64,000 bases of DNA from Nageia nagi (GCA_050084985.1 JBITNC010000001.1:58714001-58778000); one strand, 5' to 3'; positions 27,955 to 41,200 are shown, counted from the first letter of the stretch. Numbers and translations: made by a program. The notes: generated from the letters alone by a model not told the origin.

Positions 27955-28830
27955 GAGTGCATGTCCGAGAGGAGACAATACCCACGTTCCCTCTTGGACT
28001 TGTGTTGGGTCTTTATAGGGTTCGGATGACTGTTCTGAGCAGCAAGAAGCAAATTTGACTAAGTCCAGAACGTCCCTTGCCTTGGTGCAAGTCAGAAGGA
28101 AGACAGACTCCTTGTCTCATTCGGGATGTGCACTCAACCCATACATGCTTTCCTGTGGCCCAAGACATCTCCCATGACTCACCTCGGACTTGCGCCAGCT
28201 TCTTAGGGGTTCCAAAAGATGTTTTTGAGCAACAATGATGAAATTCAACTAAGTCTGGAACATGTCTTCCTTGGGCATACGATCGGATGAGGATGACCTT
28301 CATGTCTCTCGGGGGACTTGCGCCGAACTAAAGAGCATATTTCGGGCACATGTCCAAGGCAGGACACCAGCCTTGTCCTCCCTAGGACTTGCGCTGGGCA
28401 CACCTGGCTAGTATCCTGGCACCGATGGACTTCAAAACACACCATGTGACCCCTAGGAGACCTGCGCCAAGCTTGTATGTCCTCTTCCAGTGCAAGTGCA
28501 CATGAAGAAAGGGGTGGTGACCTCTTTCAGACCTGCGCTAGCCTTCTAGGAGCATCAAGGGAGTATTTCGGGCAACAAAGGACGAAATTGGCTAAGTGTT
28601 GAGCATCATCCCTTTGGGCGCAAGTCGGGAAGGGCGCAGGTCGGGAAGAGGACAAACACCATGACCCCTTCCACATCTGCGCAAGGTTCACATCTCTCAT
28701 CCCTGGTGCAAGTGCAGCAGGAGACAACATGCTTGTCTCCCCTCACGCATACGCTATCCTTGTCTGCCCTCATCCCTAGTGCAAATTCGGACCAAGACAC
28801 CTCTTTTGGCCCTTAGAACACTTGTGCCAG
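27955..28830. repeat. Array of ~10 palindromic sites GCGCA-N39-TGCGC in LTR M1
   Basis: Left arms at 27957, 28085, 28275, 28346, 28419, 28490, 28634, 28706, 28779; spacer 39 bp; inner AAGACA-N7-TGTCTY. Confidence 0.85.
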
Positions 28831-29099
28831 CCTCCCAGGAGCCAACCGACTTAGAGTTGTGTACTCGAATGCATAGAAAACCACACAATCCCCAGGCACT
28901 TGAAGGCTTTTCCCTAGAAAACCCTAGAAATATCTAGAAAAGGGGGTAAACCAGCCTTCATTTCTACACACAACATTTCTCCCTCCTTGTGAACTCACAT
29001 GAGCATTGAAACTAAGACCCCTTGAAACCCTTCCAGAAGACAAGCCGAGGAATTCCTTATCTCCCTTCGCTAAGACACTCGAGGCACCACTTACGTCCA

Positions 29100-29599
29100 A
29101 TGGTAGAGATGAATTCTAAGACATAGGGGGAAGAGATCAAGTTGGAGGGGGCAGGACCATTGATGAGGCCCCGCCAAAGACAAAGCTCACCTTTGATCCC
29201 TCTTCTTCAATGAGCGCACTGGATGAGGATCCTAGCCAGAGGGTGAAGGATGAGTCCACAAAGAATCACCATGTGAGTCGGTTTGTCTTCAAGGTTAGCA
29301 ACATGTTGTTTGTGACTAGAGTCTTCGTAGACAAGGATCCGATGAAATCCCAAGACTTGGAGACTCAGACATTGAAGGCAAACATTGGTGAAGTCAAGAC
29401 CACTGGGCGAGCCAAGGAGCTAGAGGGGAGCCAGAAGAAGATGAGCCTTGAAGAGGAGATCATACTCCTTAAGCCACGACGTCCACAAGAGGGGAAGACC
29501 ACTCAAGAACAAGTGTGTCTGGAACTAGCAGGTGGAGATGACTCCAAGATAGATGCCACGGATGAAGAAGTAGCTGTTGGACTCATGAATGCCAGTTGA
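29100..29599 (+). pseudogene. Internally deleted version of the LTR-borne ORF (central part)
   Basis: FVTRVFVDKDP.KSQDLE..IGEVKTTG..EEEIILLKP aligns by eye with HIKTIIADKENPQCPQDLR..TGPIGLAG..IEELRKIKP of ORF 40392-40916; duplicate at 56827-57353. Confidence 0.6.
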
Positions 29600-29799
29600 T
29601 GGAAGCCGTTGCATCTTGGATGCAATATTTTAATTTTTATTTCATTTTTGCTTAAATCAGTATTTTGGATCTCAAACTTTATATATTTTGTTAAAGCCTT
29701 GTGATGGATGAGGAATTTGGTCCTACAAGTGTTGGACTTAATTTGGTGGTGCCATGTGGCACATTTTTTATTGGATCGACAATATTTTAATAATTTTAC

Positions 29800-29855
29800 A
29801 TTAGTTAGGGTTAGGGCAACACTTAGGGTTGCCTTGCAAACTATAAATAGCCCTA
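29800..29855 (+). promoter_or_regulatory. LTR promoter: TAGGGTT (telo-box-like) motifs plus TATA box
   Basis: TAGGGTTAGGGCAACACTTAGGGTTGCC..CTATAAATAGCCC (TATA 29842-29849); equivalents at 35926, 41724, 50353, 57595 and 58571 (minus strand). Confidence 0.7.
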
Positions 29856-30806
29856 GAGGGTTCATTTGTGCGAGAGAAGGAATTTTGAGAATGGAACTTT
29901 GAACATTTTGCAACTAGATGAGTAGAGTAATTCTTTCTATCTGGTACTCGTCTATTGTGAATGTGGCATGATCCTTGAAATGAAAATTGCACAACTCCAT
30001 TTCTTTGGTATTATGAACTTGGACATGTTATTTTAGTCATTGATATGTGTTACTTGAGATACTTGAAGCATTTCACAAACCTCTTGAGGGGTGGGTGAAA
30101 GAGTAGTTGAATATCTTTTGAAGTGTTGAATGTGATGCATAGTTGATGATTGTTCATAATATGCGACTAGACTTGTATGACTCTGAAAGTGGGTTCCTTT
30201 ATGAGGTCTAGCATGTGAACTTCATCCACATTGGAAGTGCCATCCTTGTCCCCTTAGACGCATGCTCCCTTTGGTAGACTATTCTTGTGGTTAGCTACTG
30301 CAAGTGGATGAATCCTTCTTCTAGACCCTTTGTGTAGTTTGCTAGAATGAAAGGATGTGTGGACGCATGGAACTCACAAGAAACCTGTAGGAACTTGACC
30401 TTTTAGACACTGTATTCATTGGTGGAGTCTGATGCAAAAGAGCTGAACTCATGTGCCTTAAGCTATCTCAATCTCCCCTCTTGTTTACTCTTATTTTACA
30501 CTTTTTTCTGTGGCTTTCGCACCCCCAATTTTATTTACTCTGTTTGAGAAACAACCCTTGTCTTGATACAAAGACAATCTCAGTCCTTGATTGACAAATT
30601 TTATTTGAGTTGTTACCAGCTTCAAACATCTTAACCAGTCTCCTGAGTCAATTCTTGCACACCCATTTCACGAGACCTTTGAGGTTGGAGTCCTCATAGT
30701 GGGTAGGGTTCACACCCTTCCACCTAGGTGTTGGTGTTTTCCGCAAACCCTGCAAGCCAATTTGCCTATACATCAGGGTAGGAAAGAAAAACAACCCAAC
30801 CTAAAT

Positions 30807-30823
30807 TGGCGTTAGAAGGAGGG
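30807..30823 (+). other. Primer binding site, tRNA-Asn
   Basis: TGGCGTTAGAAGGAGGG, one mismatch to the complement of the plant tRNA-Asn(GTT) 3' end CCCTCCTTCTAGCGCCA as recalled. Confidence 0.8.
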
Positions 30824-32229
30824 CCCAAATTGTATTTGTGTTTAGTTAGAGTTGTTTCTCTTTTGTTTTCCTTTTCACTTGGGTCCTTAAGCATATGCAT
30901 ACATCAAACAAGAGTCCAAGCCTTTCTCACCAAGATACCCCAAGCACACACTCTGAGTCTTGGAGATATATCCTTTGATGGTTTCTACAACCGTCATATT
31001 GTACAGTCATGGCGGCAACGACATGCTGGTTGGCAAGTATACCATAGAACTCTCAAGGACAACCATATGCTTTGCCTACATATGTACCACCTCATATAAG
31101 TTACTAGGCATATCTGAATTCAACCCCACCGCAACCACAAATAGGATCAATCACCAATTTGAATTAAGCTATACAATAACTACTGGTCCAAAGCTTGAAT
31201 ACCAACCATCAAATGTGATCAACACAACCGATGTTGCAAGTCCAACCTAACACATGGAGTCTCATGAACAGTCAAGTTGCACCAATACAAGCGGCTCACT
31301 CCATCCCCGAATATTCCAAAGGCCCTTCAAGCTCACCAAGTAGTCCTAGATCTGATACTTTCGAATGCTCTATTGAAAGAGTATGGAGAATGTGTTACGA
31401 CATAGGGAAGCATAGGTAGGACGAAGAATTGGATCAACTAAAAGATGCCTTGGAGAGATGAAGGTATGATCTAGAGCAAATGATGGACAAAAGATCTCAA
31501 CAAGGTTTCCATATACCTCCTCCATGGCCTACTCCAAACCAAGCAGCATGTAAAAGGGATCAGTCCCTAAGAGACAAAGCAACCCTTCCAATGTCATGTA
31601 CTACACGGTTCGACACAGGAACATCCAGGCCGTCATGAAGAAGAAGTTGCTCAAGAGTAGAAGAAAGAGCACTAGATATACAAGTTGTCTCTACACCTTC
31701 AAGGAAAAGTGTTTCGAGATTGCATAATAGATACCCGCCTTGATGGCAATGTGATAATGAGTATGGCTTGTCATGAGGCAGGATTCACTCCTTCGATCGA
31801 AGATTAGAATGAAGATGATGAGTCAATCATAGTGAGCTGTCTAAAGGGTGTTTGCATGCAAATTGTTGGATCAGAAGAGCAGTACTCCTTAGACTTCACC
31901 TTAATCAACCTGCTCGAGCATACAAGTCTGTTGTGCCCACACAACACACCCCAAGATGCAGCATTTTGGGGACCCAATTTTTGCAACAGAAATGAGTGAC
32001 ATTGCCTGGGCATGATCAACCTACAGCTAGTATGGAGACCCAGGGCAGCCAGATGATCAAAACAATGCACGAGTATGCCCTGAAATCATGAAGAGAGTTC
32101 AGCACAGCCAGTGGCCAAGTTAGGACCCGGTTTCAAGCGACATCTCATAGGATGGAGTTTTGGGTCATGATAGCGACTAGACAGTGGAGTTTTGAACGAA
32201 TGGCCATCAGGGTGAAAAAGGCGTTTTTT

Positions 32230-32885
32230 TTGCAAGTTTGAGCAACAAAGGTGCCAAGGTGATAAAATGACCGCTTTTTGTCAAGCATTGAGTCTAGGAG
32301 CAGTGAATAGAGTCAAGATGTTGAAAATATGTGTTTTTACACAATTTGAGCTCGGAAAAGGCAACTATGGCCAAAAGGAGCATTTTTATCAAGATTGAGC
32401 CTAGAGAATTAGAAAATGGTTAGTAGTGCGGAAAAACGCGTTTTGGTCTATTTTGAGCTTGGAATTGGTGAGTATGGTTAAAATGTGCATTTTTGCATGA
32501 TTTGATCTCGGAATGCTTGAAAATGACCAAAAATGCAAAGTTGAGCTCAAAGTGCTCGGAAATACCGAAAATGATCGTTTTTGCACATCTTGAGTTCAGA
32601 AAGGTTGAAAATGTAGACTTTGAACTCGAATTGCCGGAAATGTTGGAAATGATCATTTTTTCATTGCTTGAGCTCGAAATGGTCAAAATGCATACTTTTG
32701 AGCCCAAAAATGCTGGAAATGGCTAGAAATGCACCGTTTGGGCTCGTAAAAGAAGAGAAAAGCCGGGAATGAATAGTATAGCCCGGAATGGATCAGGAAA
32801 GCAAGTTTGAGCACGCCTTGGGGGGTAAAATAAAAAAATAAGTGTTTTGGCTGCCAAGAAGCTTTGGGTTGAGCTCGAAAAAATG
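32230..32885 (+). repeat. Cluster of ~14 degenerate TTGAGCTCG motifs in M2
   Basis: Examples at 32346, 32453, 32542, 32668, 32869, spaced 30-60 bp. Confidence 0.65.
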
Positions 32886-32939
32886 AGTTTTTTCAAAATG
32901 CTTAGAATGAAAACCCGAGAGAGAGGTGTGGTGCTAAAT

Positions 32940-34300
32940 GACAAATCAAGGCCACTTTGCTCTTGGAAATGTCGAAAAAATTCGAATTTTGACCCCTGAA
33001 AATCTAGGGGGAGTTTTGCAAGTTTTCCCTCACTTCACCAAATCTTGAAAATGGCCTATTGTCTTGAAAACTTGTGCCTACCTTTTGGGAGGCCTAGATT
33101 GATCTGAAAGTGGAATTTTTGAGCATGGGAGCGTGGACATCACAATTCTACATCAAATTGGTATTTCAAGTTTGCGATTTCAACAAGTTTTGCTCCCTCA
33201 AAAGTTGAAAATGAGCAAAAAAGAACAGCCAATAGGAATGCTTCAAATTTTCCAAAATTTAAAAAATGTCAAAATGAAAGTCCAAGAAGAGGTAGGGTGC
33301 CAAATCCAATTTTAGGCATCTTCCCTCTTGAAATTTTCAAAAAAAGTCAAAAAATACCCCTCAAAAAGTTAGGTGCTGGTTTTGCCTCTTTTCCTTCATT
33401 TGGCCAAATTTAGAAAATGGCCTATTCCTCCTAAAACCTGCGCCTATCCTTCTTGCACCCGAAAATTACAAAAAATGAGATTTTTGATCTCCATGGGGTA
33501 TAAGATGGAATTTCACACAAGTTTTATGATTTAAGTTTTCCAAAAAAATGAGATCTACTTCCTCAAATCATCAAAATTTGATCAGCCAATGAGAGAGCTC
33601 CAAAATTTTCCAAATTTTTCAAAGTTGGCCAAATCAAGAAAGAATAAAGAGCTAGGGTAGCAAATCCCAATGTGAGCAACATTGCCTTTTGCAATTTTGC
33701 AAAAAAATCAAATTTTGACCCTCAAAAACCTAGGCAGCAGTTTTGGGTGTTTTCCCTCATCTTCTCAAAGTTCCAAACTTGCTCAAATGTCCTAAAATTT
33801 GCGCCTAGCTTGGGAGTGCCTATTTTTTCTCAAAATCGAAATTTTTGACCCTAGGAGCATGGGAAATCCAATTTTGAACAATTTTCATGTTTTAAGTTTT
33901 TAGAAAAAAGTGGATCTACTCCTTCAAAATCACAAAATTTGGATCAGCCAATGGGAGAGCTTGAAATTTTTTCAAAATTGTCAAAATCAAAATTGGAGAG
34001 AAAGGTAGGGCGGAAAATCAAATTCTAAGCATCTTTGCCTCTTGCAAGATTTCAAAAAAACTTAAGATTTGTCTTCCAAAAAGTTAGGGGGGAGTTTTGG
34101 AAGTCTTGGGCCATTTCACCAAAGTTCCAAACATGCCCAAAACCTCCAAAACCTGCGCCTAGCCTCGTTGGACCCCAAAATTGCTCAAAAGTGACATTTA
34201 ATGCTTCCATGTGATAGGTGGTGTGATTCTACACCACTTTGGTCTCTCACTTGTGCAATTTGATTCATGAATACTCCCAAAAAACACCTTTTTGCTTTCA
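32940..34300. repeat. About four ~360-bp tandem units in M2, each with TAGG(CGC)-N63-GCGCCTA
   Basis: GCGCCT(A) right arms at 33074, 33440, 33801, 34155. Confidence 0.8.
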
Positions 34301-35500
34301 AGAAGAATTAAAGAGCTGAAAACTCAAGAAATTTGGATATTTTCTCAAAAATTCTCAAAATTTGAAATCCAAATTTGAAGTGTGGAGGTTGAAGAGCACC
34401 CTAGACCCATCATCTTTGCTTCCAAGAGCCCCCACGTTGAATCAAATCTGCTCCCTCCATATTTAGGTGAAGGTTTTGCCTTATTTCCCCACTTTGGAGC
34501 ACTTTCCCAATGTTGGGCATGAGAGGGAAAAGCCAAAAATGCAAAATTTTATACTTAGGGTTGATGAGGTGTTGACATGTGGCACCTTTTGACCCCCTAA
34601 GTCTATAAATACACCCATATTCCCTCCATTTCACTCAGTACTCCCATTTTACACCCTTATGTTGCCAAAATTTTTGAGAATTGGAGACTTGAAGTAAGGA
34701 AGAAAGCCCATTTTCACCCTTGGAGCATGATTTGAACACTTAGCATCTTTGTCATTCATCCAAACTTCATTATACTCTAAGATCCAAACATTCTCCATCC
34801 CACATGAACTCCATTTTTCAAGTTTTGAGGATTTTTTATACTAAAAGCCCATTTTCCAAACCCTCAAACATTTGAAAAACTATTTTTCCAGTTTCCAAGT
34901 TTGATCACTTTTTTGGATACCCTTTATCCTTATGATCAACTTTTATTTTCAACAAAAAAAATACATATGATCCAAGATCTAAGTGTGTAAAATCCTCATT
35001 TCTTCACAAAAAATTCAAAAAAATCCAGAAAATTTTCCAAAAACTCCAAAAAGTGTTTTTCAAGTCCGTTTTGACCATTTCAAAGTTTAAAACACCTTCC
35101 CCATTCATTCCCCATCCATCTAAGGTGTTTAAACTTGATTTTGACACCATTTGGCAAGTTTACCAAATTTCACCCTTTTTTTATGTTGGAAAAGTCAACT
35201 TTTTGAGCTAAAATTTGAAAATTCTCCAAAAGTCCCAAATTTTTGAGCTAAAATTTGAAAATTCTCCAAAAGTCCCAAATTTTTGCCAAGGCATTTCCCC
35301 TTGAGTCAATTACCTTTGTGTTAACCCAAACAATTCAAAAGGCCTTGAACCTTGCAAATATTGGCATTTTCTATGATGGCACACTTAGAGTAAACTCCAA
35401 AAATCCAAATTTTTCAAAATCACTCTCTGCTTGCCCAGAAAGTGCCACAAGCTTGCTAGGACTCTTCTAACTCTGTGTTGTCCACCTAAACAAGGACAAG

Positions 35501-35741
35501 ATGGCATTAGTTGCACAGAACATCAAAAACAAGGAAACAAATGAAAGGAGTTAGACTTGCCGCATGGTGCAAGGAAATGGTCAAAACCAATAAGGTCATC
35601 CTAGAGCACTTGCTACCAAATGAAGGAATCCTCCAAACTATCCATCGGGCCATTCGGAATGTAAAAACGTTCATGGGAGATGATTTTGAAACTAAAATCG
35701 TGACAAATGTACAAGCTATCTTCCCACCATCGCTAGAATAG
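35501..35741 (+). pseudogene. Deletion derivative of the LTR-borne ORF (C-terminal ~60 codons)
   Basis: AWCKEM..LLPNEGI...IRNVKTFMGDDFET matches VWCNEM..LLTNEGI...IKNRETFIGANFET at the end of the minus-strand ORF (58779-58950); upstream TATAAATA at 34604. Confidence 0.75.
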
Positions 35742-36885
35742 AAAGAGGTCTATTTTGGCAAATTTTTGATATGTAGGCCAAATTTGGCTAACTTAGTGGA
35801 TTTCCACTAAGTCGAATTGTAATCTCAATTAGCTTGTAAATAGTTGTTAATGTTGCAATTAGAAATTAAGGTTTTGAAGCTCATTTCTAGGGTTTCAAAA
35901 GTCACTCTTAGGGTTTCTAAAAGTCTATAAGTAAGAGACTAAGGGTCTCATTTTTGTAAGGATTTCATTTTGAAGCAAACACTTCATTCTTGAAGAGAGA
36001 ACTTTTGAGAATTGAGAGCATATTGTAAATCTTGGCACCTCTTTTTTCAAATCTAATACAAAGTGTTTATGTAAAGACTTGGAGTTTGATATTATTCATA
36101 TTGGTGTTATAGATTGAATCTTTGAGGACATTCATAGTTGGTTTGTGCACTTTCGTTTTATTCCTTTGAAAACTTTCGAGCTTTAGGGAAGTTATCTCTG
36201 AACTACTTTAAGAAGTGCTTGAAGCTTACCTTTGCTTGTTGCTTGATCCTTAACATACAAGTTGATTGGGTATTCTGTGTCAGTTTCTACTTTCATGACA
36301 TCTTGTTAGGTCGTTCATCCAAAACCGTGATCCTTTCACTTTGAAAATCTTCCATTTCCATTCAGTTGCATCGATCTTATTCATAGAGCACCAACAATTG
36401 GCATTCCTTCCCGCTCCTCTTTGAAGTAATTCGAACGTTGAGTTGTTTGCTTGCAAGGTTGGATGAATTGGATGAAAAGTCCTTAACCGATTCGGAAGAG
36501 ATCAACTCTTAGACACTTTCCCATCAGTGAACCTCAAATTCATATCCGACCAAGTATCCTTTCTTTCTCCAAGGTGTTTTCCTTCACCTTTTTCTATATT
36601 TTCTTTATTCTTTCAAACCCAAATACAATCGTTAAGTCTGTTGTGATTAAAATACAACTCAAACACACTATTTTATATACTTTGTTTTATTGTCATCTCG
36701 GCCTACCCAAGTTGCATCGTCAAGACCCAAATTCATAGATTACTTCTCATAGTTCATAGCCTTTCCCTTCGTTAGAGTTAGTCATAATTAAATAGAAATT
36801 GCAAAATCCTTAAAATGGCCAAGTTTGGAAGGGGTAAAAGTTGAGCCGAAAGCTGATCAAGTCAAATTGGGCATTCCAAAGGGTT

Positions 36886-37850
36886 GGCACATGCTTCAAA
36901 AAGACAAAATCTTGTCTTTTTGAACCATGCGACTAGGCCAAGGGGTGGTCTAGGCAAGAAGGAAGGTTCGAAAATGAAGTTTGGGCATTTACAAGCCTAG
37001 AGCATGCCTCCAAGAGACAAAAATTTGACTTTCCTGGGCATGCACTAGATATAGGAAGCATATTGGAGTAGAAGAAGGCATAAAAATCCTAAGGCAAAGA
37101 CACTAGGAGGCTGGTGCATGCTTTGAAAAGACAAAATCTTGTCTTTTTGAACCATGCGATTTGGCCAGGAGGACAAGTCAAGCAAGTTTGAAGACCGGAA
37201 TTTGAGCCTAAGGCATCCAGGAGGCTGGTGTGTGCCTCAAAAAGGCAAAATCTTGTCTTTTTGAACCATGCGCCAATCTTTGAAGGGCTCCCAGTTCGAC
37301 CCAAAATGAAAATTTGACAAGCCGTAGATCCGGGAAACTCAAGACCAACTCAAGCATACCTAGGGGGGCTGGCGCATGATCTCAAAAGACAAATTCTTGA
37401 CTTTTTGAAGCATGTGCCAAGCCAAGAAGCCTCCAAGATTCGAAGAACATGAAAATCTGGCTAAGGCATGAGCATTCGAAAATCAAATTTCAGAAAATAA
37501 GCCAATTGGAGGTTGGTGCATGCTTCAAAAAGGCAAAATCTTATCTTTTTGAACCATGCAACCAAGCTAGATGGGCAGGCAAGGCTGACGCATGCCTCAA
37601 AAAGTCACCATCTTGACTTTTGGAAACATGCACCAAGCCTACAAGTTGCCCAATTTCGAATGAAGTATCAAAATCACTAAGTCCAGCCGACCAGAAGACC
37701 CAAAATCAGGAAAAATCAGGTTAATGGGTGAGTTGGGTGATCAAAGCAAGCAAGTGCACAGGCAGGAGACCCACCGTTGGGAGCATACTCCTTCCTAGGG
37801 CTGGCGCATGGTTTAAAAAGTCACTTTTTTGTCTTTTTTCCATTGCAACA
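36886..37850. repeat. Array of 8 palindromic sites GGCGCA-N36-TGCGCC in M3
   Basis: Consensus GCATGCTTCAAAAAGACA-AAATCT-TGTCTTTTTGAACCATGC starting about 36889, 37002, 37116, 37230, 37374, 37518, 37590, 37806. Confidence 0.9.
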
Positions 37851-37964
37851 AGCTAAGATGGCTTGCTAGACCCCAACATCTGGGCATAAGAGGCTTTGCA
37901 TGAGTTTTTGGGCCGGCACACATCTCTAGGTTGGCCAGATGGAGGGTCATGATAGGTTTAATAG

Positions 37965-38012
37965 AAACCCTAGCCGACTAGGGCAAGTTGGAAGCCAAAT
38001 CAGCTATAAATA
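37965..38012 (+). promoter_or_regulatory. Putative promoter of the LTR-borne ORF in M3
   Basis: AAACCCTAG at 37965 and TATAAATA at 38005-38012, ~220 bp before ATG 38233. Confidence 0.6.
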
Positions 38013-38232
38013 CAGGCTTGGGGACCTCATTTTCTCAAATTCAAAAATTGCTCCTCTCTACCCTTGCGCCAAGATAGTAGCAAATTATAGATTTTTATGC
38101 CCAAACATCATCACTTATACATTCTAGGGCTTGCGCAAGCATTTAGGAAGCTAGCCATTTCAACGTGGGGGTCATCTTCACTTGGAAACCCACGCAGCAT
38201 TCTTGGAGAGCCAAGTTGCAATTGAAAACACC

Positions 38233-41200
38233 ATGACTTCCTCCAAAGGCAATTCGGCTCTTGACTTTGCTAGAGACCTCAAGCGGCTGAAACAGGTTTG
38301 CATCATCTCCATTCGTGAGAGACAACAAGCCCTTCCCTAAGGGGCTAGATTCTCGAGGAATGGTTTTGCCACCATCGGAGATACAAATTGGCAAAACGTT
38401 GACCCTACACAAATGAGGGAGAACACTCATGGTCTTCTGATTGCTGACTTGAAGCAGGACATCATCCATGGTCTTCTGATTGCTGACTTGAAGCAGGACA
38501 TCATCTTCTTCTCCGGACTCTCCACTTGCACATTAGTCCCATTCATAGCTCTATTTCTGGAATTGTGCATGGAGGTCGGCCACCACTAGCAGAAGGGGGA
38601 GAGAATCCTTCGAGACATTAAGGGGGACATCATTATGGACTTTCGCCCTGAAGCTATCAACGTAGCATTCCACTGGACCTTTGAAGAAGTTGAATATGAT
38701 GAGGCTATGTCATTAGCTTGTTACCAGGAGACCGCTAGGGCAGCCATCGTTATTAAGAGTTGGATGTACGACGAACATCATGGTTGGAAGGGGAATGCGC
38801 TCATCAATGCTCCTCGTGCCAACTTTTACCCAGCAGTCGAGTTGATGATTCTTATGCTTTCCAAAGTTCTCGGGAAAGAAGATGCTTCGAAGTTCAGAAA
38901 GGAGTTCTTTGGGTTCATTCTCGAGATTGCTAGAGGAAGGAGAATCAGGTGGAGCAAGGTGTTGAGTGACTTGATAGCGGATCAATTGTCATCCATTGGT
39001 ACAACTTGCAAATTCTACCTCAACTCACACTTGATGTACTTGTTTTTTCATGGCAAATATAGGGCTATAACGAAGGGTGAGACGGGTTTGATTGAGAAAG
39101 GGACTTACTCCATTTGGAAATGCTACCCAAATGGAAGTTAGAGAGACGGTGGGACAGTTTCATGATGAAAAATGATGGATGGGAGTATGAGATATACAAG
39201 GAGCTTAAGGGAGAAATCACAATTACATGAATCTCCAATTCTACTCAAGATGCTTTGAAGAAGCATGGCGACTTCTTCCTCCATCACCAACACTTCCCCT
39301 GTATTCACATATATGGATCAGCTGTTCAGCCCTACATTTGCCAAGGTTCGTAAGTAACAAAATTCTGTTAATGGAGATGATGAGGCAGTTGGCCTTCCTG
39401 CATGAACAGGTGTGGCAGAAGAAATCGGCTACTTTGAATCTACCAATCGTTGTGGGAGAATATCAGTGTAAATTCAGGTCGGATGTGGAAACCATGGACC
39501 AAGAGTTGGCCAAATTTAAATTCAGGAAGATTCCTGCCACTGACCACTATGATCCGGATCACAGGATACACTTGTTCTTCACAAAGGAAAGGAAGAAGTC
39601 TTATGAACATAAGCCACGTGTAGACGAGGAGCCTTTCCGGAACATCAGTAATGAGGTAGAGATTAAGAGAATAAGAGAAAGGATTCATAGGGACGCGATC
39701 AATGAGCAGCACCGTGTGGAAGCCACAATTAGTAAGAGACTCTCATAGAACAGGGGAAGCAAACCTCAAGAGTCTGCTTCTAGGATCATGCAGTTCCCTC
39801 CAGTCAGTGAGATAGCTATCAGGCAGTATGCGTCTATGCATGGCAACAACCCAGTTGAGCGAGTCGTGCAACAAGTACAAGCCACCATTGATGAACATGA
39901 TGTAAGGGAGCTAGAGCGTGTGGCTACTGATAAGGTAGTAAGGCGTGTGAGAAATAGATGTCAAGATCCCACTCCACCACCTAGACCACCTAGAAACAAC
40001 TTAGCAATAACATCACTTGTTGTTCCACCATTTGGATCGTCAGCCTTCAATCCCTCTTACAGGTCAGACAAAAACCAGGAGGGGGAGATTGGAGTGTCAG
40101 AAGATGACCCAAGAGCAGAATGTAGCCCAAAATGAGGAGATTCCAAACGCACAAGAACAAGATGAATCCGTAGAGATATTGGCACAAGTCCATAAGACAG
40201 TAGTGTCAGAGCCATCTGCAAGAAAAGGTAGGGAGTAGGTATTCGAGACGGTGCAGAAGAGGATTAGACTTAAGAGAACTCCATAATCACGAGCTACAGT
40301 CACCTCAGGAGAAAATGATGAGATTGACCAAGGAGAGGAGAGACCTTTGAAGAGAATGAAGAAGGATGCTGCTACTATTTAGGAGGCCATTGTGGAAACT
40401 TATCAACCATCACCCACGAATGAATGGGGTGTTAACATGGAGGAGTGTCTTGATGTGTTCAATTTGGACGTCGGGGAGGAATTTGGAGGAGGGGAAAATA
40501 ATGACCACGTAGGAGAAAGCTCCACCTGTCCAGGAAAATCCCAGACGTATGTACATCTGACCCATAATGCCATACACATCAAGACCATTATAGCTGATAA
40601 GGAGAATCCACAATGCCCACAAGATCTCAGACAGATTAACCAGATCATTAACACAGGGCCGATCGGTCTGGCTGGTCGGAAGCATGCAATCATTTCCAAT
40701 GCTGAGGCCATCATCAAAGATGGTATGATGAAAGACAAGGAGATTAAGAGCCTTAGGGAGGAGTTAGCTGAACAGAAGAAGCTGACAAGACAGTTAGAAA
40801 CGGCTAAGGTACCCATAGAAGAGCTCCGAAAGATCAAGCCACTTAAGGAGGGTATGATTGCAGTGAAACAAAAGCGTATAGATGAGGTCTTGGTAGCAGT
40901 TCAGCAGTTCATTTGAACACTAGAAAGGGTAGCATTAGAACAGCAAGAGCTCAAGGATATCATTATGGAGAGAACCGCTTTCTCAAGATCTTAGATTCTA
41001 GACGACCCATGATCATGCAGTTCGAGACAACACGGAATCGGAAACTAGAGGATGTGAAATTCTGTGAAGAATATTGGTTTTATCTAGGCCTAGTTAATCA
41101 AATAACCACTCGATTCCAAGAGGTATAGAAGGATGCTCGGAAGCTCAATGACAAGGTAAACACTTCTCTTGAGCAAATGGAGTTCCAGGTGAAGTTCCTC

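Larger units (their letters stand above)
27755..30801 (+). repeat. LTR M1 (~3.05 kb), 5' LTR of element A
   Basis: Starts TGTTGTG, ends ..CCCAAC(C) just before the PBS; 27756-29899 is repeated at 55511-57651. Confidence 0.88.

Noticed and set aside
29800-29830. Interstitial telomeric repeat
   Set aside because: Only two or three TAGGGTT words, at a conserved position before the LTR TATA box; better read as promoter motifs.
36886-37850. CRISPR array
   Set aside because: Eukaryotic retroelement context, no cas genes, degenerate repeats, spacers 30-174 bp and partly similar to one another.
38428-38505. 39-bp tandem duplication (similar local duplications near 35200-35285 and 49137-49245)
   Set aside because: Ordinary post-insertion mutations.
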